32,000 nucleotides of DNA, from the NCBI RefSeq assembly GCF_018398935.1, contig NZ_CP074694.1, positions 6,360,001 to 6,392,000 on the forward strand, in the 5' to 3' direction. The notes beneath the pieces were generated by a model that saw nothing but the letters and a program-made list of their open reading frames with translations, was not told the DNA's origin and searched no databases. Numbering within the stretch: the first letter of the stretch is position 1; each line of letters opens with the position of its first letter. Made by a program: the position numbers and the translations under genes. Below are positions 31,803 to 32,000 of this stretch, one piece after another. Origin of the DNA: Telmatocola sphagniphila. Its GTDB lineage: Bacteria > Planctomycetota > Planctomycetia > Gemmatales > Gemmataceae.

Positions 31803-32000
31803 ATGGCGAAGGTTAAAGAAACGGTCAAACCGGGTAACGACGTCTATACAGGCTTGCAAGGCCTGACCCTGCTGGCCTCGGTTATCGGATGCGTGCTGTT
31901 GGCGCTCGATCTGAATTCCTACGAATCTCGGACTCCGCCGCCGCTGCCCACGCTGCAGATTCCCAGCGCTCAGAAAACGCAGTCGGCCCCGGCGGCTCCG
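31803..32000 (+). CDS. hypothetical membrane protein, 5' partial (runs off the window)
   Basis: ATG 31803 has GGAGA 6 nt upstream, and the frame stays open to the window end (66 codons). The sequence is MAKVKETVKPGNDVYTGLQGLTLLASVIGCVLLALDL (a TM helix) followed by a Pro-rich stretch. It is not in the ORF track because no stop is reached. Confidence 0.5.
   Translation, partial: MAKVKETVKPGNDVYTGLQGLTLLASVIGCVLLALDLNSYESRTPPPLPTLQIPSAQKTQSAPAAP

Noticed and set aside
1-32000. CRISPR arrays, tRNA/rRNA genes, IS elements, integrases, prophage or toxin-antitoxin/defence islands
   Set aside because: No direct-repeat/spacer periodicity, cloverleaf-like intergenic sequence, terminal inverted repeats or transposase/integrase-like ORFs were seen in any frame. 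The window looks like core chromosome rather than an accessory island. A tRNAscan/Infernal and defence-HMM scan would be needed to confirm this.

Overview
This 32-kb chromosomal segment is densely coding, with about 26 protein genes. Reading by eye I found no rRNA, tRNA, CRISPR array, integrase, transposase or obvious mobile element. The gene content suggests a Planctomycetota/PVC-type genome (inference only): a PSCyt1/DUF1549/DUF1553 protein coupled to a Tat-exported DUF1501 protein, a DUF1080 protein, a PQQ-like beta-propeller, a PEP-CTERM protein with autotransporter-associated beta-strand repeats, and an exosortase. Positions 1-15.1 kb carry genes on alternating strands, many encoding secreted or membrane proteins. 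They include a NYN/OST-HTH protein, a divergent lumazine-synthase-like gene, a PEP-CTERM cargo, a calpain-like protease, an NHS-family MFS transporter and an RCK-pore-RCK channel. Positions 15.1-29.65 kb are a single co-directional minus-strand block of nine genes: trpS, a fused MFS/spermidine-synthase-like protein, an EVE-domain protein, a TM-anchored TPR protein, a secreted TPR protein, an exosortase-EpsI fusion, a 2x[4Fe-4S] protein, then the PSCyt/DUF1553 and DUF1501 pair. The most system-like feature is the compact TPR / TPR / exosortase-EpsI / ferredoxin cluster. It has no polysaccharide-synthesis or PrsK/PrsR genes nearby, and a candidate PEP-CTERM cargo lies 15 kb away. Other points worth a second look are a channel with a non-canonical selectivity filter (TTGSELG), a membrane-tethered ribosomal L7/L12 C-terminal-like domain beside the lumazine-synthase paralog, and the tight trpS / SpeE-like / EVE coupling. 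All functional calls rest on motif recognition by eye; no database search was run.
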